Source of the DNA: Chrysomallon squamiferum
Taxonomy: Eukaryota > Animalia > Mollusca
Direction of reading: 5' to 3'
NCBI GenBank assembly: GCA_012295275.1
Contig: CM022673.1
Span: forward strand, 16,616,001 to 16,680,000
Length of the DNA: 64,000 nt
Of this stretch, positions 1-15,738 are shown piece after piece. The position numbers and the translations under genes are program-made. Numbering within the stretch: the first letter of the stretch is position 1; every line of letters starts with the position of its first letter. The notes beneath the pieces were generated by a model. The model did not search any database and was not told the DNA's origin. It was given only the letters and a program-made list of their open reading frames with translations.

Positions 1-459
1 AGCAAATTCGTTATTTTTTCATTTATTGATTTGCGAAATTTCTTATAAACCATCTTTATACATAGGCCACTTATGCAGACTTTTCTATTAAATCTAAATT
101 GAAAAATTATGGCTACATATTTCTGAACGCTTGTCGATGGTAGGTATTGCAGTTCAATCCCTGATAACAGTTAGCTAGTTAAAACAATGTAAAAATTCAA
201 ACCAGAAGTACAGTCTTTTCAGACATTGTACGGTTATAGAAAAACAAAAAATAATAATAAAAAGGGTTAAAATGCGGCAGATTTAAATTCGGTAAGTGTT
301 GTGATCAGTTCATCCTTTATGACCCTGGCCAGACGGGTGCCCAATATCGTAATTCACACTGAAAACACTAAAATAAATAAATAAATAATGACAGCTTTAA
401 ATTTAGATTTTTCTGCTTTTTCTGTAAAACATAATCAGTCAAAATGTATTTTGTTATCT

Positions 460-596
460 ATGTATACACATGCACACACATATATATGTACACAAATACG
501 TACGTTTGTATTAAACATATGCACCAGACATACGGACACATACTTACATGCTTATACACTCATACACATCCTCATACACATCCTCATACACATCCT

Positions 597-640
<44 letters not shown>

Positions 641-800
641 CTTAAACATAAACATTTATTCATATATTCATGTATGCATAAATTCATACATACATATATA
701 CATATATACATACATACATACATTTGTGTGTGTGTATATATGTATATATACATACACATTCATATGTATACACATATATCACATATATTTATTACATATT
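460..800. repeat. Compound CA/TA/CATA microsatellite including a 12-mer CATACACATCCT x3
   Basis: Direct reading. Confidence 0.9.
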
Positions 801-2218
801 ACAGCTTTTAATGTTTATTATTACTACCTATATTTACACATTCTTGTCTGTGTGTCTATTTTAGGAACTGTGATATCTTTATATCTACCTATATATGATA
901 ATCTTTTATATTTCCATAAAGATATGTACATAAAGATTTAACAATCTTTTCACTGTATTTTCAAGTTTCTAATTTTTTAACAAAGATGTATTTTCACTTA
1001 ATGTATTTATACTTAATATATATATTTTTTTTTTTTCAGAAATATTATATCTTTATAAACCATGTGTATGTATATATGTATGTATGAATGTATGTATGTT
1101 ATGTATGTATGTGTGTGTGTATCTATGTATGTTTAAAAGATGTGAATAAGTTAATTTTGGGGTATTTCGATATTTATATAATTTTTATAGAAACCTGTTG
1201 AGTTCAAAAACATTCTCCCAGAATCCATTTTTAATATACATACATACATACATACATACATACATACATACGTATATATACATACATATAAACATACATA
1301 CATACATACATACATATATACATATTTAATTAGTTCTACTACTATTACTAATAATAATAACAACAAGAATAATAAATAAATAAATAAATAGAAACCACTT
1401 TGTTTTTAACGCTGGCACTCATTGCTCTGATTAAATGAATATATAAATATCTACGTATGTTTATATATCTGTATCTACATAAAACAATAACACGATACCT
1501 GCTATCTACGTAAATACGTGAGTATTTATTTACATGTAAACGTATGTATTTATAAATCAGCTAGAGAGATAGAATCATGTAATAGAACACCACGTAATCG
1601 ACGGAAGACACTTTAATATAAGACTGACGTGATATGCACGTGGATGTGCGAGACACACAAACTAACTTTATAATATGTAGTAATAGCAAAGGAGCACAGC
1701 ATGAACATATGATTTAATCAGCACATAATATTATTAGAAGTAGATTATATTTTATAGCTGTTGTGTGTTCTGTTACAGCGATGTAATATTAAGTTTAGTA
1801 ACTATTAATCGAGATAAATAAAGTATTAATGTTTAAGTCATGCATATAATTACATTAGAAAGTCAACCATATACGAAATATGGAGTGAGCAAATGAAATA
1901 AATATACAAATATTGTGTAACAAACTCTGTGATACAACAGAAGTCTTGAGCTATCTAACTCATGGTCTGTATTATTCTTTATTACTATTTTAATGTGTAG
2001 CAATCTGTTCTTTATTTTCACACGTTATTCGTTTTCTTATTGTACAGTATGAAATTATGGCGTCATGGCTTGTAATCTGTTTTCATTTATTTTACGAAAT
2101 TATAAACATTAAGTAAGATTATCAAATTAATTTTTACTGGGTTTTTTTGCTAAATCTGAAAACGAACAACATACAAGGAACAACGATGATACCAACGACG
2201 ACGACGATGATGATGGCG

Positions 2219-2290
<72 letters not shown>

Positions 2291-2385
2291 GTTTTCTTCA
2301 TCTTATTTACTTCATGCTTAGTTTATTTCGGTTGAATATTGTTTATCTGTTTTACAAAATGTCGAATTTACAAAATGTTTACTCA

Positions 2386-2447
<62 letters not shown>

Positions 2448-2662
2448 TATATTCCAATGTAGTTATTGATAACGATCTTTCGTAGAGACATCAGAAAATT
2501 TCTGTCAGTGATACGCAGCAGTAAGTGCATATATTTCTAATCAGATTGATTTCAACATGAATTCTGCATCTCTCTCTTGTGTAAAATCTGTTAATGAGTG
2601 TTTGTTCAGAAGAAACCGATTTACGATACTCCAGGGGATACTTGACCCGATTAATAGCAAGA

Positions 2663-2711
<49 letters not shown>
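2219..2711. repeat. Microsatellite cluster: (AAT)n 2219-2289, (AT)n 2389-2443, (ATT)n 2664-2711
   Basis: Direct reading. Confidence 0.95.
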
Positions 2712-2712
<1 letters not shown>

Positions 2713-2911
2713 GTTGTTCAGTAGAACAGAAAGCATATATAGTTATAATGATAAGCTAGCAATGACTGTAATAGTCCAGTTGGGTTTACATTTGTTCCTG
2801 CGCCTCTTGCCATCTCCATAAACATGGAACTACAACCGGTTGCCTCCTTAAGCAAACGACCGAATCTGCGAAAACTGCATAATTTTATTAACGCATGTTG
2901 AAATAATGTTA

Positions 2912-2972
2912 TGACGTCAGAACAGTCTTCTCAACCTTAGTACTGTTATAGTAATGTTGTAACCATGGTAAC
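2912..2972. promoter_or_regulatory. CRE palindrome TGACGTCA (2912-2919) and RFX X-box-like GTAACCATGGTAAC (2959-2972)
   Basis: Consensus matches only. Confidence 0.35.
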
Positions 2973-4408
2973 GAACCTACTGCGTCAAAAACCTTCTCAA
3001 AAGCCTATATCCAAGAAAATACTTACTTCATAATATAACTACGTCACTGTCTCAAATGCAGTAATGTTGTAACCATGGTAGATAACGTCGTAATTGACGT
3101 AACAGTCATATACGCTGTATTATAGGAATTACAGGTCTGGTTTAGTGTTACAAAGGCCATTTTCGCAGTTCTGTTAAAAACTAGCAATCTGTATCAAAAG
3201 TAAAAATACCGCTTTGTGTGTGTATGTGTGTGTGTGTGTGTGTGTCTGTTTGTGTGTGTTTTTGTGTGTGTGTGTCTGTTTGTGTATGTGTGTTTGTGTG
3301 GAGGTTAAAGAAAACAATCCAACCGAAACTAAGGAAAACAACAAATGTATGATAGCATCTATGAATAATTTTAACATTAAAAATGATTGCCAGACTCAGT
3401 GACTGGTTACAATGTTGTTATAGATTAGTAGCAGTGATTTTAGTCTGTAACATTAAACATATATATATATATATACTACATACCACTTACATGATACACC
3501 AGTAAGTACACAGCCTGGATCGAGAGATGTAAATTAAAAAAACAAAAATATATATTATAAGTCATCTGGAATGTTCAGATGTTTATTTGTATGTATTTAT
3601 GTATATACGTGTATGAATGTCTGCCTGTCTTCTGTCTGTATGTATGTGTGTATGCACATATGTATGCGTGTATGTATGTATGTATGCACATATGTATGCG
3701 TGTATGAATGTATGTCTGTGTGCATCTATTTGCTGATGAATTTGTACGTACGTATGAATTAATGGAATGACAGATAGATGGCTGGATAGATCGGTGGATG
3801 GATTGACAGATGAATTTGTACGCGTTTGTGCATGTGTGTGCATCTGTGTGCGCGCGTGTATGTGTGGTGTGATTAAGACAAATTTCAATCGAGCATCACA
3901 TAAAAGACAACTTGATAACTTGTTTTCACAGAATATGATGACGTCTACTTTTTTCTTTATTTCATTTCTTTTTTCTTTTTCTGAAAAACATTTATGAAAA
4001 AAAGAAAAAGAAAGAAAGAAAAAGGTTTACGGTAAAATCACACAAAAAAGTTATTTCACATTATTATTAGATAAACACTGAAGTCTGTCACGACACCGGT
4101 TTTGGCTAAGTTTCTTTCCTGTGATCTCACGTATCAGTTTCGTATTAACAGTCTCATGTTGTAACAGTATACAGTCACATGACACTTCAGGCGGACATAT
4201 TGGATTAATATTTCCCTCCCGTATTACCTGTCAGTATTACAGCGTTCTGCGCAACTGGACAATGATGATAATGGTGTTAACAAGAGCAATGAAAACACGA
4301 TTACTCAGTGGTCAGCTACATGTGCCCTGTTCACAGGTGGTCGAATAATTAGCGTCTACACACAAATGAATATAAGCGTGTGGCGCGAGAACTTGGCACG
4401 CGCGGCAC

Positions 4409-4418
4409 CCATATTAGG
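4409..4418. promoter_or_regulatory. CArG box (SRF site) CCATATTAGG in a CpG-rich patch
   Basis: Exact CC(A/T)6GG inside the GC/CpG-rich segment 4330-4550; function untested. Confidence 0.4.
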
Positions 4419-5924
4419 ACATTGGATGCACGAGACAGTTTGTAGCAGGTCTTTCGGGACAGTGCCTAGTGCACCGCGCCAAACGTACTTACCGTAAAGC
4501 TTCTGTAATATACCGTACTCGCAGCGTCTGAACAACGCCATGCATCGACATACACTCATACAGAGAAATGCAATAATTCACAGTACAAACAATACAGGAA
4601 TGTACCGGCAGGGGTTTTGGAACATAATTACTTACACTGATAAAGGAATGCGCAGGCTATGTATGTTGTCTGGTGTATTTGCATACCTGGATGCTGTTGA
4701 TGACCGCTATTGGTCAATAGAGATGTCATTTTTCTAATATTTTATTGTAATTTCTGAAGCAGAATTTCCTGGTATCTTTATCTTGGTTGGCTAAGAACAT
4801 TAATTCTTTGTTTACTTCTTTCTTTCATTATTCAGTATTTTCTTTTTTGTAAAGTTTTTTGTCGAAAACCCGATATTACGTATATCGTCTTTCGAAAATG
4901 TATTAATTAAAACGCCATTATTTACATGAAAATTAAATAATCTGATTTGGCATTTTGAGTAAACATTACTGTTAGACTATTGTTCTACGTTTTAGTGAAA
5001 ACATTCAAGCAATTATATTATATTTCCTGTGGCTTTGCGGTAACAGACTGTCTGTTGATTTCAGAAAAAAAAAGTTGACGTTATTTCCTCCATAATTAAA
5101 AGCGATTCGCTGCTGATGGAATGATACTTGTTAGAAGATTTTGTACTTGATTATCTTTGTGACCAAGTGAAAACAGTTTCGTGGTTTGTTTCACCGGCAA
5201 TCTTTTCCGATCATCTGGACATATGTTCGGGCCTTATCGCTACTGCTTGTTCCGTGAAACTGTGCCTTCCTTGTTACCGAGAACGAGAAACAAATGATTG
5301 ACGACCGAAGATCGGCTTGGTGGTTTTTTTTGTTTTTTTTTTTTGTGGCTTGCGAACTTGCCAAGAATGTGAATACATCTTCCGTGGGCAGGTTCTCTAC
5401 CTTGATGCTCTTTTCATCTCGGTGCAGCTACACGTCAAGGAATGTGTTTAAAGTTTGTTGTTTTCGTGACATATTTCCTGCATTCATCATGGCAGTATCG
5501 CTCTACAGAACTGACCAAATTTAACAACCTTTTTTTTTCTTGAAGACCGTTCTTTTAATTATCGAAATAGTTACTTTTAACAACTTCTGGAACATGATAT
5601 TTTGGCTGTTTTATATCATAAAACTTTGTGTAATGAATAGAATTATCTTAAATTGCCTGCAAACGTTATAAATATTGCCTTTGATGTCCCCTAAAAATGG
5701 AAGCTTTTAACAGTTTCTCTAATTGTTTAATGTTTGAAGAGATTTTATTATTAAATTTTCTTGTCTGTTACAATTCTTTATGATTCAAGTTTTATTGCTT
5801 CATTTAATTTTATTGTTCAAAACCGTTTATTAAAACTACCTTTTAACTCCAGATCCCCCCCCCGTATTCTGTTGTTTAGTTGTTGTTGTTTTTACTAACA
5901 TCACTTCCGTGACTTTCTCTGTTT

Positions 5925-5925
<1 letters not shown>

Positions 5926-6009
<84 letters not shown>
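5926..6009. repeat. (CT)n followed by (CA)n
   Basis: Direct reading. Confidence 0.95.
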
Positions 6010-9000
6010 TGTACGCAAAAACAAATATATAAAAAGAGAGCACTTTAAAGCTGATGCTAAAAAGACATTTTGACAGTGTAAATAATATTTTATCTGAGTT
6101 ATCTACAAAAAGTTTTTTCAAATAGTGATGAAAAAATATATATCTTAATCTGAAATAATTACAAGTGTAAATTATCATACATATAATTATCTTTCATACA
6201 AAATTACACGATATCTTTAAAATAGGTATCTTTCTTATTTCATCTCTATATAAAAACTTTTACAAAGATGTTTAATGTGACGTCTTCATGCTAGATTTTA
6301 CGTACTGCACAATAATGATTCACAATTGGAGTCAGTTACGGCTGTATTGTGGATCAAGGAGAGCTCTGTGAAAATTCACACAATTAACCATGCATTGTAC
6401 ATGTAGACCCCACATTCGTCGCTGCTTCGTATATTGTTACATCGCTGAAAAAGGCAGCACAGTTCTCCTGCAGCAACGATGAGTATGCCAAACCGATTAC
6501 CGTAGTCATTCTAATATTAGTCATAGAGCGTTATGGATAAGCACAAAAGGGAAAACAAAAAATAATAATGGTGAGTGTGTGCAGGAGCTGGATTTGAAGA
6601 TAACAGAATATTGTAATGATTTTTCTGATGATGATTTAAATGAAATCTGAACTATGACATAAACTCTTTTAAGAAAACAATATGAAATTATTATTTGTGC
6701 TTTTATTTTTTTATTTTTTATTTTTTTTGGATAATTACACATATTATTTTTTCCCCTGAAATTAGATCTTACGGAAATTATGCTTGCGATTAATGACGCA
6801 TCAGTTGAGGAAACAAAAACATAACAAAATAAAACTAGCACAAAACATAAAGAACGACAAGGAACACAAAAAGCGTAATTACAACCGCCAGCCACCCATG
6901 TTACAATGGTAAGAACAACAGCCATAACAAACACAAGCAAGACAAACAAACAAACAAAAGGAAAATATAGAGAAATATGAAGAAATAACTTGAGGAATCT
7001 TTATGTTATTTGCTTCGTCTTCATATTTGTTGCTTGGTTCCCGAGCTTTGAGTTAGTGCCAACGAAAAGAACGAAATAAATGAATTAACAGTTACGAGTT
7101 GGGAATTCTAGAATATTCTGTAGCGGTGATTAAAATACTTTTACTTCTGCATTTATTGAAACAGCAATTCATTTCTATGACCTGTTTGCTGTATAAATAT
7201 AAAAGAAATCCAAATAAATGTTTAATATAATTTGTAATCTTGCTAAATAAGGAAAAAACAAAAGACAGAAACGAATTATTGTGCGACTACATATCCTTCT
7301 GAACGTAGCATAGATCAAATATATTTTAGTTTTTTTTTTTGTTGATTTGCATTCCTGTTCGTATGTTTTTGTGTTTATTTTAATAATTATGTGTGTGAGA
7401 GAGAAGTAAATAGAAGGGAACAGATGAAAGAAACAGAGATATATATTTTAATAAATGGATAAAAAATAAAAATAATAATAATAAATACAAACAACTGAAA
7501 ACAGAATTTTTAAAAAAGACTAAATTAAATATTGTTTGAACAAAGGACTGGAAAGTTTTAGGTTTCTTTTATGCAACAATTCATTTCTTTTGTTCTGCAT
7601 TTGATTCTGTTCGATTCAGAATTTAAAACAACAACAACAATAATAATAATAGTATAATGATGATGATGATGATAAAGGTTTGAAGGAAACTTAACTCATA
7701 AAGGAAAAATGAGTGGGTGTACGCTGGATAGATGAAGTACTTTCAGTTTGCTGTACTTGCTGTGTTTTTGTATAAACTAATTAAAACAGAAAGCTTGTTA
7801 TATTTAGACGGTGATAAAACGTTCTATGTTCTGCGCGCCAGCGAACATCACAGATACGTAGATGTTCTGATATTGGAAATTGATTAACGTAACGCTAAAT
7901 AGCTCTGTGAAACACGACGCCAAGCTTTCTCCAACGTTGGCAGCCTGGAAAAGTCCTTCAGTGGAAGCTGGTAGCTAGCAGACGATTGCTGCTGTCGCAA
8001 ATACCAAGTCTGTGGCAGTGATGGACCGATGTTGGTAAAGATATTATCACTGTGGGTTAAAAATCACATTAATCATTTTCTCCGTGTCTTCGTTTTACTT
8101 GTGACATTTACTGTGCTTTTACGTCATCCTTATTAATACGGAATGTACGTGTACAGGAAAATATTGAAATTAATCATCTTCCATTTTTTTTCTTCTTCAT
8201 TAGAACATAAGTTTAACTGCAGTGCAACTATCTCTCAAAGCATTTAAGACATACATACATACACACACACACATGAAAACTGCACGTAAAAGATTAAAAT
8301 CATATAAATCATACAACATTTTATTATATTTTGTACAATTTCAAGGCACGGAGGGAGAAAATGATTAAGCACAGTTATCTGTATAAAATGAAAAAAAGAA
8401 AAAGAAAAAAAAAAGAATACAGGTTCCAAACCATTTATCTGACAAGTTGTCCACCGGAAGTGAACCGGATTCTGGAATTCCGGTTTCTTGGACCATGGCT
8501 TAATATAAATACTTAAAATATAAAATAAAAAGTAAAAAGTAGATAACGAAAATGTAGTTAACAGATGCAAACTAACACACTTCTAACGCCGAATACCTGG
8601 AAGCAGGATTAATGACACGGTACCTGTATATGCGTAGACAAATATGATAACTGAAATTAGAATTTATATCTTGGATTATTTTATTACTTTTATTTATTCT
8701 AATTACACTAAATAATTAAAAATCATAAAATAATCCAAAACATTTAATCCAATTTTGTAATGGTGGGTCTGAAGAATTGGCAGTTGTCAGTATGTAAGAA
8801 TACAGAACGAAGGCCATATTAAATCATTATAAGCTTTGTTCTCAACCAAGAATCTCACTTCTTTCGTCTTTCAGCGCCACTTTAATTAACTAACTCATTC
8901 ACATTTTTTACTGCGAGGTGCTTGCCACAAAATTTAGTGCTTCAGTTCTTATCCGTTTGCAAAGTAGTTTGCTCCCACGTATTTCAATTTTTCTTTAGCT

Positions 9001-10370
9001 GTATCGTATTTCCTCGCTCTGCAAATAAAACCACTGGGGTTCTACAAAGCAAAAACCTGTAGTTTAAAAAAAAAAAAAAAAAAAAATGAAATTTTAACCC
9101 CTGAGCGTCAATTTAAAAAATAATAATAATAAATAATTTTAATAATAATAATAATAATAATCACAATAACAACAACAAAAAGTACCCTTCTCAAAAGTAG
9201 GAAGTAAAATGAAAAAAAAGTTAAGAAACTCGCCATAGTGAAGTTACCTTTCTCTGGTCAAGATATAGAGAATATTGGGCTAAAAAGTCTACAAAGAATT
9301 TTAGTAATCATTTAACATCATATTTTTAGGATGTAATATACTTTATGAAGAGGAAGTTTTTAGATCTGAAAGAACTGTTTACGTTTGTGTATAAGCGTGC
9401 GCGTGACATTTTAGTAAGCGATATCCTTCCAGAAATCCCAAACAGAAACGTTTTTCTGATCCTAAATGAATATTAGACGCAACAGTTTTGTAATCTACAA
9501 GTGTAACATGGTTTCTTATTTCTAGGTATCTAAACATCTTCATTAAATATGGAATTATCCGATAAGAACAGTACGATCATTCTTTTTAATCGGTTCCTGT
9601 ATAATCTGACGATGTTAGTTTCCGCTATGTAAAGTCAATGATCTAAAATGAATTTAGGGTGATCTACGGTTAGGTTGACCCATACTGTTCATTTTGAAAC
9701 CAGAATTACCCATTACCTCTTTTCAGCTGATTTACATTATCTAGATTCCATTTATAACAGGTACGTACTACATACCCTCAATTATGATGATTAAAAATTG
9801 GCATTTCTAAGCTGTACTTACTCGTAATCGCTATTATAGGGTTCTTTTGTTGCACAGTTTGTATAATAACACGCTAACAAACATTTTACGATTATTTTCC
9901 TTTTACAAGTTGAAGTCTAAGATAACGTTAGCTAAGAATAAGTATCGTTATTTAGAGGTACACTTAGCATTACATAACGACTGCTTCCTGCATCATATAA
10001 TAAAAAACAGATTTTCTCTGCAAGTCATCAGAAATGAGGCTGTTCTGGCATTCGTGGTCGGCTTCCATTTTACTAATGATACGTCAGATAGTAATGGTTA
10101 ACTTTAGTCGCCTTTAACATAAACAAAACAGACATTGGAATGAAGGAATGGGGAACCATGTGCCCATCTTTAGCCCAGTTAATATTTCTGTCACAAATAC
10201 ACAAGGGTTTCTATGGTCAAAGTTGCTATTTGTATTGCTGTCGTTTTGCTCTATCCGCCAAGAACAGTACGATTATTCTTTTTGCGACACGGGATATTTC
10301 TTTTTTTGTTTTTGAATGTTGTTCCTATCGAACAGAGTGATCTCCTCTGGGAATATAAAAATGCTCAGAA

Positions 10371-10413
<43 letters not shown>

Positions 10414-13400
10414 TTTACCGTCCATTGTTTTTTAAAGTAAGATATATATTTTTTATTATATGTATTATATCTGCATCTATTCAGACATGCATACTGCACA
10501 TGCTTACTTAATTCTTACATATACACACACACGCACACACGCACGCACACAAGCATATATAACCCATAATACATACCCATGTTGAAGAAATGCCTGTTTT
10601 ATTTTCTGACACTGTTTAGAACGTTTCGCTATGGCTCATGAGATTTTCTTTAACTTGCTTGGCACGCAGTCTACTTAGCTTTTATTACCTGAAACTCTAT
10701 CAGGCACAATACAGACAGCAATGTCTGTCAGTGATTGTTCTTAAATGAGAAAAAAAAGAGTAAAAAAAGAGAGAATAGAATAAAGAGTAAAAGAAGAAAA
10801 AAACAAAAAGTTGAGAAGGTCTTTATGTTTCAAAGAAAAAGTGACAGAAAAAAGAAATCACCTGTATACATATTTTTTCAACTTGACAACAGTCATTATT
10901 TTACATGATGTTTACATGTCAATTGGTATTCTAAGAAGGAACGTTTCTTTATATTTCCTTTTCCTTTTTTCGCCATTTTTTTCCTGTAATGCTTATTTAT
11001 TTATGTTATTACATGCACTGACGCTTATTCCTTAAAAAGAAAAAAAGGAAAAAAAGAAAAATAATAATAATAAAAGAAAAGCAATAAAAAACAACAACAT
11101 TTTTATCATAATTAGTGTAAAATTATAAAACAGTTAATATATTTTGAGTCTCTATTTTTTTTTTTTACTTTTAACTGGATGTCTTCGGATAAAACCGGAA
11201 GTTTTATTGAAGCATGGGTTCTAGTTTGGAATTCTTTACCCATCCTTTTGAGTAATTACTTTCTATTACATTAAAAAAAAAAAAAAAAAAAAAAACTAAA
11301 AAAACAACAACAACAACCTGGTATGAGGTTCCAGTGCCTTCTACACACCATAAAGCAAATTATATAATCACTTATGGAAATGGACTTTTGGAGATAGAGA
11401 ACAAGATCCGTGAGGCTGAAGGTAGAAAGGAGTGGTACTATTAGCAGATTGTTCCACCTCCTTAAACCCCCATTTCCATCACTGCCTGTAATTATATTCA
11501 GCAAAACAGTCTATAGCATCAGCTTGTTCATAACCGCATTGGCAAATACCATGAGGCACGAAAGGCTTAGATTCGCCCCTGGAAACTAGTTGTTTCTTTC
11601 ATATTTCAGTTCGGTACATTTGGTTACACGACTTTATGTTAAAACATGGATACAAGGTTATTAATATACCACTTACGAACGTGAAACGGATATGGACGAT
11701 TGCTGCTGAACATGTAACATGGTACGACTTCATCACGATGTTGTACATTTGGTTACGTCTTTACCGATCCATTTTTACCGATGCTTTATTTTAATCTTAG
11801 ATTCTTTCCTTTATTCTAAGGTCAGCAGAAAGTAAAAATACTACTGAACATATGCTTTCGATCGGACCAAAAATAAACCCCACAGACAGCGATGTTCTAT
11901 CGTTAAGGTTGTTGAAATGTCATGGCATGCCTATAATTCATTGCCACGACATGGTTACTTTTCTTCTTCTTCTTTTTTTGTTTTACGCTGACATTCGGCG
12001 AATATTCTCTCTTCTTATAAATTGGATATTTCTATAAATTCTCAAACCGACTTTATATAATTAATATTTATAAAATCTTAAATTAAGAAAAAAGAAAGAA
12101 AGAAAGATGAAAGAGAGAGAGACAGAAAAAAGATAATAAATTAAAGATCTAAGCAAATTAATTTCAAATACAAATGTGCAGCATGGTTCACTTTTTCTTT
12201 TTTATTAATCGTAAATGGCGAAGTAATTACGTCACAGGTGATAAAAACGCTAAAGAGCTAAGACGGGGTCTTTTTAAAATGTCATTATATACGATATTCT
12301 GGTATCCTTCACTTTATAGCCAATCTTATCACCGACTTGCGTTCATTTAAACTGTTTTATAAATAAAAACACTTTTTTTTCCACCAAGGTGCAAAATTTA
12401 AATATTTTCTCTTACGCATTACTGAACATCCTGTAATAAACAGGCAATACTGAAAACGTATTTTGGCAAAAGCCATAGAAACGTCTTACGACTGTCAACA
12501 ATAGATAACCTATTTAAAACAATCCACTGAAAATAGATTCTGAAAGTCTATTTTCAGAAATTTAAAACAAGTATATAATTAAACATGTCTGTGTTGTCTT
12601 TCTTTGTATTTTTCTCGGATGATAAAATTAAAATACAACATCAAAAATAAATTTCAAGTCGTATGGCGACGAGTGAAGCATTGCTGCTGTTCTGTGTGTT
12701 TATCATCAGTGAAGGTTAGCTTATAAAAGTCTACATCAGTTTTTTCTCTCAAACTCTGCTCTGACAGAATAAAATAAAATAAAATAAAATAAAAAGGAAA
12801 AAGGAAAAAGAAAAAGAAAAATCGAAAAGAAAATGTTGCTAATCTATTAAAATCCATAACAGAACAAATAGAAAAAAATAAAAAAAAAAAAATAAAAATA
12901 GAATAGAATAAAAAATTATGAAGTTGAGAAAGTAACAAATAAATGATAATCGTAAAATTTGTCCTGGACAGTGTTTGAAAATATATTTCAGAGAAACCAG
13001 TTTAGGTTTCTATCCTGTATTAATTCTGAATCAGTTCTCGGGATACTTTCAGGAACATTTACTCTTTGATGTTTAATGAAGTGGATATAAATAAAGATTG
13101 TATAACAGCATGAGAAAATAATATGAAGTGTCTAGGGATAATGCTGAACGGATGAAGATATAACTGACCTTTGTATACATAACAAACCAGCTTTTGGACA
13201 TGCAGTAAATGTCATCTGGCACTGAAGCTAAACGTTTTGAGAAGCGATTGCTTCCAGTAACAGAACAATCAAGTAAACTTATCTGAACCAGTCCACTATA
13301 GAACTCAGATTAACGATTTATTATAATGCTTAATTACAAATGATTGCTCTCACCATATCATTGTCCATAACTTATGTGCGTTACTTGGGCTGAAACGATT

Positions 13401-15072
13401 ACTGTATTACCATCACAGCAAGCTCCGCGATAAACCTGGTATGAAGTGCCATTGTTCAATAAACAAACTTTTTACAAATAGCAACAACGCGACGGGAAAC
13501 AAGGCCATTGTAAAATAAACCACAAAGAAAACATGCTCATGTTTAGCTGTGATAGGCCGAGTGGCCACTGTATTCAACATGCAGTCGATTCCAGCAGGTC
13601 CGTGCGACAGTTCATTTACTGAGCCACCCACGATATGTATTTTAACACTCGTGTACCACGTCTCGGCTTACTGCGGAAAGAAACATTTCGGAGATTTTTC
13701 GAGATGGCACGCCCTTGCGTTACAAGATAAGCAGGATGGCACCAATCAGCGGACGATAAAGCCATGTGGAAAGTCTCCCAGAGTTTTAATCACTTCGATG
13801 AAGGAATCTGTTATGGAATAAAATGAATAGATAAAGTTGTTGTTACTTCTTTAGGACGTAAGACAGAAGCCTTTGTTAATACTCTAACAATGTATACTAA
13901 ATAATTAAATTATTGGATGTAACTTTATTTTTTTCTTTAATGAATTTTTTCCCTCTATTTTCTGCCCGTCTGCTCGAAGCAGGTTACGATTAACTACCAG
14001 CCATTTTGAATTAAAATCAGTACTGATTGATGTCAGAATGAACTGATTGGTTTATTTTCCTAAAGGCGCTGACGCGATTTGTATATTTTGATACGTTCAC
14101 GATGAACGTATCTGCATTAAGCACTTAGAACAGCGAATTACTTCAGCCAGCAGGCCAATTAACAAAGGGTTGGCCGCACACCAGTGGAATTCTTTTGCGC
14201 GTAATCTGCAGGTGGCTGGGAAGTAAATCAAATACCATTGTCTGCCATTAATAATCTGGTGAGGAAGTTAATGCAAGCAAACGAACAAGGGACATAACCC
14301 TTTTTAGTCCCAATTAATGATAATATTTTGTTCATATAAAATAATTGGACATTTTTAAAAAATATTAAGTAAATAAATAAATGAATAAATAATAATAATA
14401 AATATTAAAATGTTTGCTAATTAAGTTATTAATATAAAATAATGCATTTATTTTTATCAGATATCTTTTTAATTTTAAAACTAATGATTTGGATTTCTTT
14501 TGGAAGTCTTTTTAATCTAAATATTATCTATTTATCTATATATTTATCTGTCTAACCTTCTATCTGTCTATCTATCTATCCATCTATCTATCGCTATTTA
14601 TCAGTCTATTTTTCAATATTTCTTTCTTTCTTTTTCATTTTTCATTTATTTCTTTAGTGTAATTATTATAATAGTTGTCTCTTCTCGGGGTGTTGCAGAG
14701 AATTTGGGTTCGATTGCATATAGTTAAGAAACATAAGGAACCAACATAACATTGCTAAATATACTTAGAACCATAAGTAGGATTGGCGTAATAACTTTAA
14801 GGTTGTTTTGTTCCAAACGTTCTTGGCAGTACCGCTGATGAGAACAAAATGTGTTGTGAGGTGCACCAGACCAACGGATGTGGTGACTGAAATAACAGGG
14901 AAGACCTACCTTTGGTATTTGTTAAAAAACACTGAGATATTAATAGCGGCTTCTGCAGTATCGCTTAACAGCGGCCTCTGCATTTGACGCTTGGGTTAAG
15001 ATGTTAGCATGAAGCCATGTTAAGAGTATAAACTGTAATATTCTTTTCAACACGAAATATTTCAGGTAGAAG

Positions 15073-15186
<114 letters not shown>

Positions 15187-15707
15187 GTCTATATTACTGC
15201 AAAAGTATAGTTCACTTTATCAAAGGAGCGGCATTTGTTTCTAATTAAAATATACAGGAAGCGAAATGTCGGAAGCTCATTCTCGGGTTGGGTATGATGG
15301 TTCAAGAGAAGATGGATTGTATTTTGAGTATTTGCTGAGTCAGATAGATATTGGTTTCCACAACACTAACTCTCTTTCTAGATAGACCGCAAAATATATA
15401 TGTCAGACTCAGTTAAATTAATGTCATATTAGTATCAAGTCCTTAACTGATTTAATATTAGTTACCTTCTTTTAATTTCTTAAAGTTAACATTAGGGATG
15501 AAATAATCACCTAATCAATATTTGTAATTTATTTCAATCATGCCAAAGTCACACGATTTGCGTATCAAAGTGTGTGAAACAGAAAATTACAAACAATATA
15601 CAGATCCCTTTTTGGTAATAGATAAAAGTAGTTCATGAAAAGATAACACTGGATTTCCACTCACAGATATGAATGTCTGTTACTATTAATGATGATGACA
15701 TTAAAAA

Positions 15708-15738
<31 letters not shown>

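Noticed and set aside
388-3997. Many short ORFs rich in HT/YI/CV/I runs
   Set aside because: Translations of CA/TA/AAT microsatellites; no coding signal
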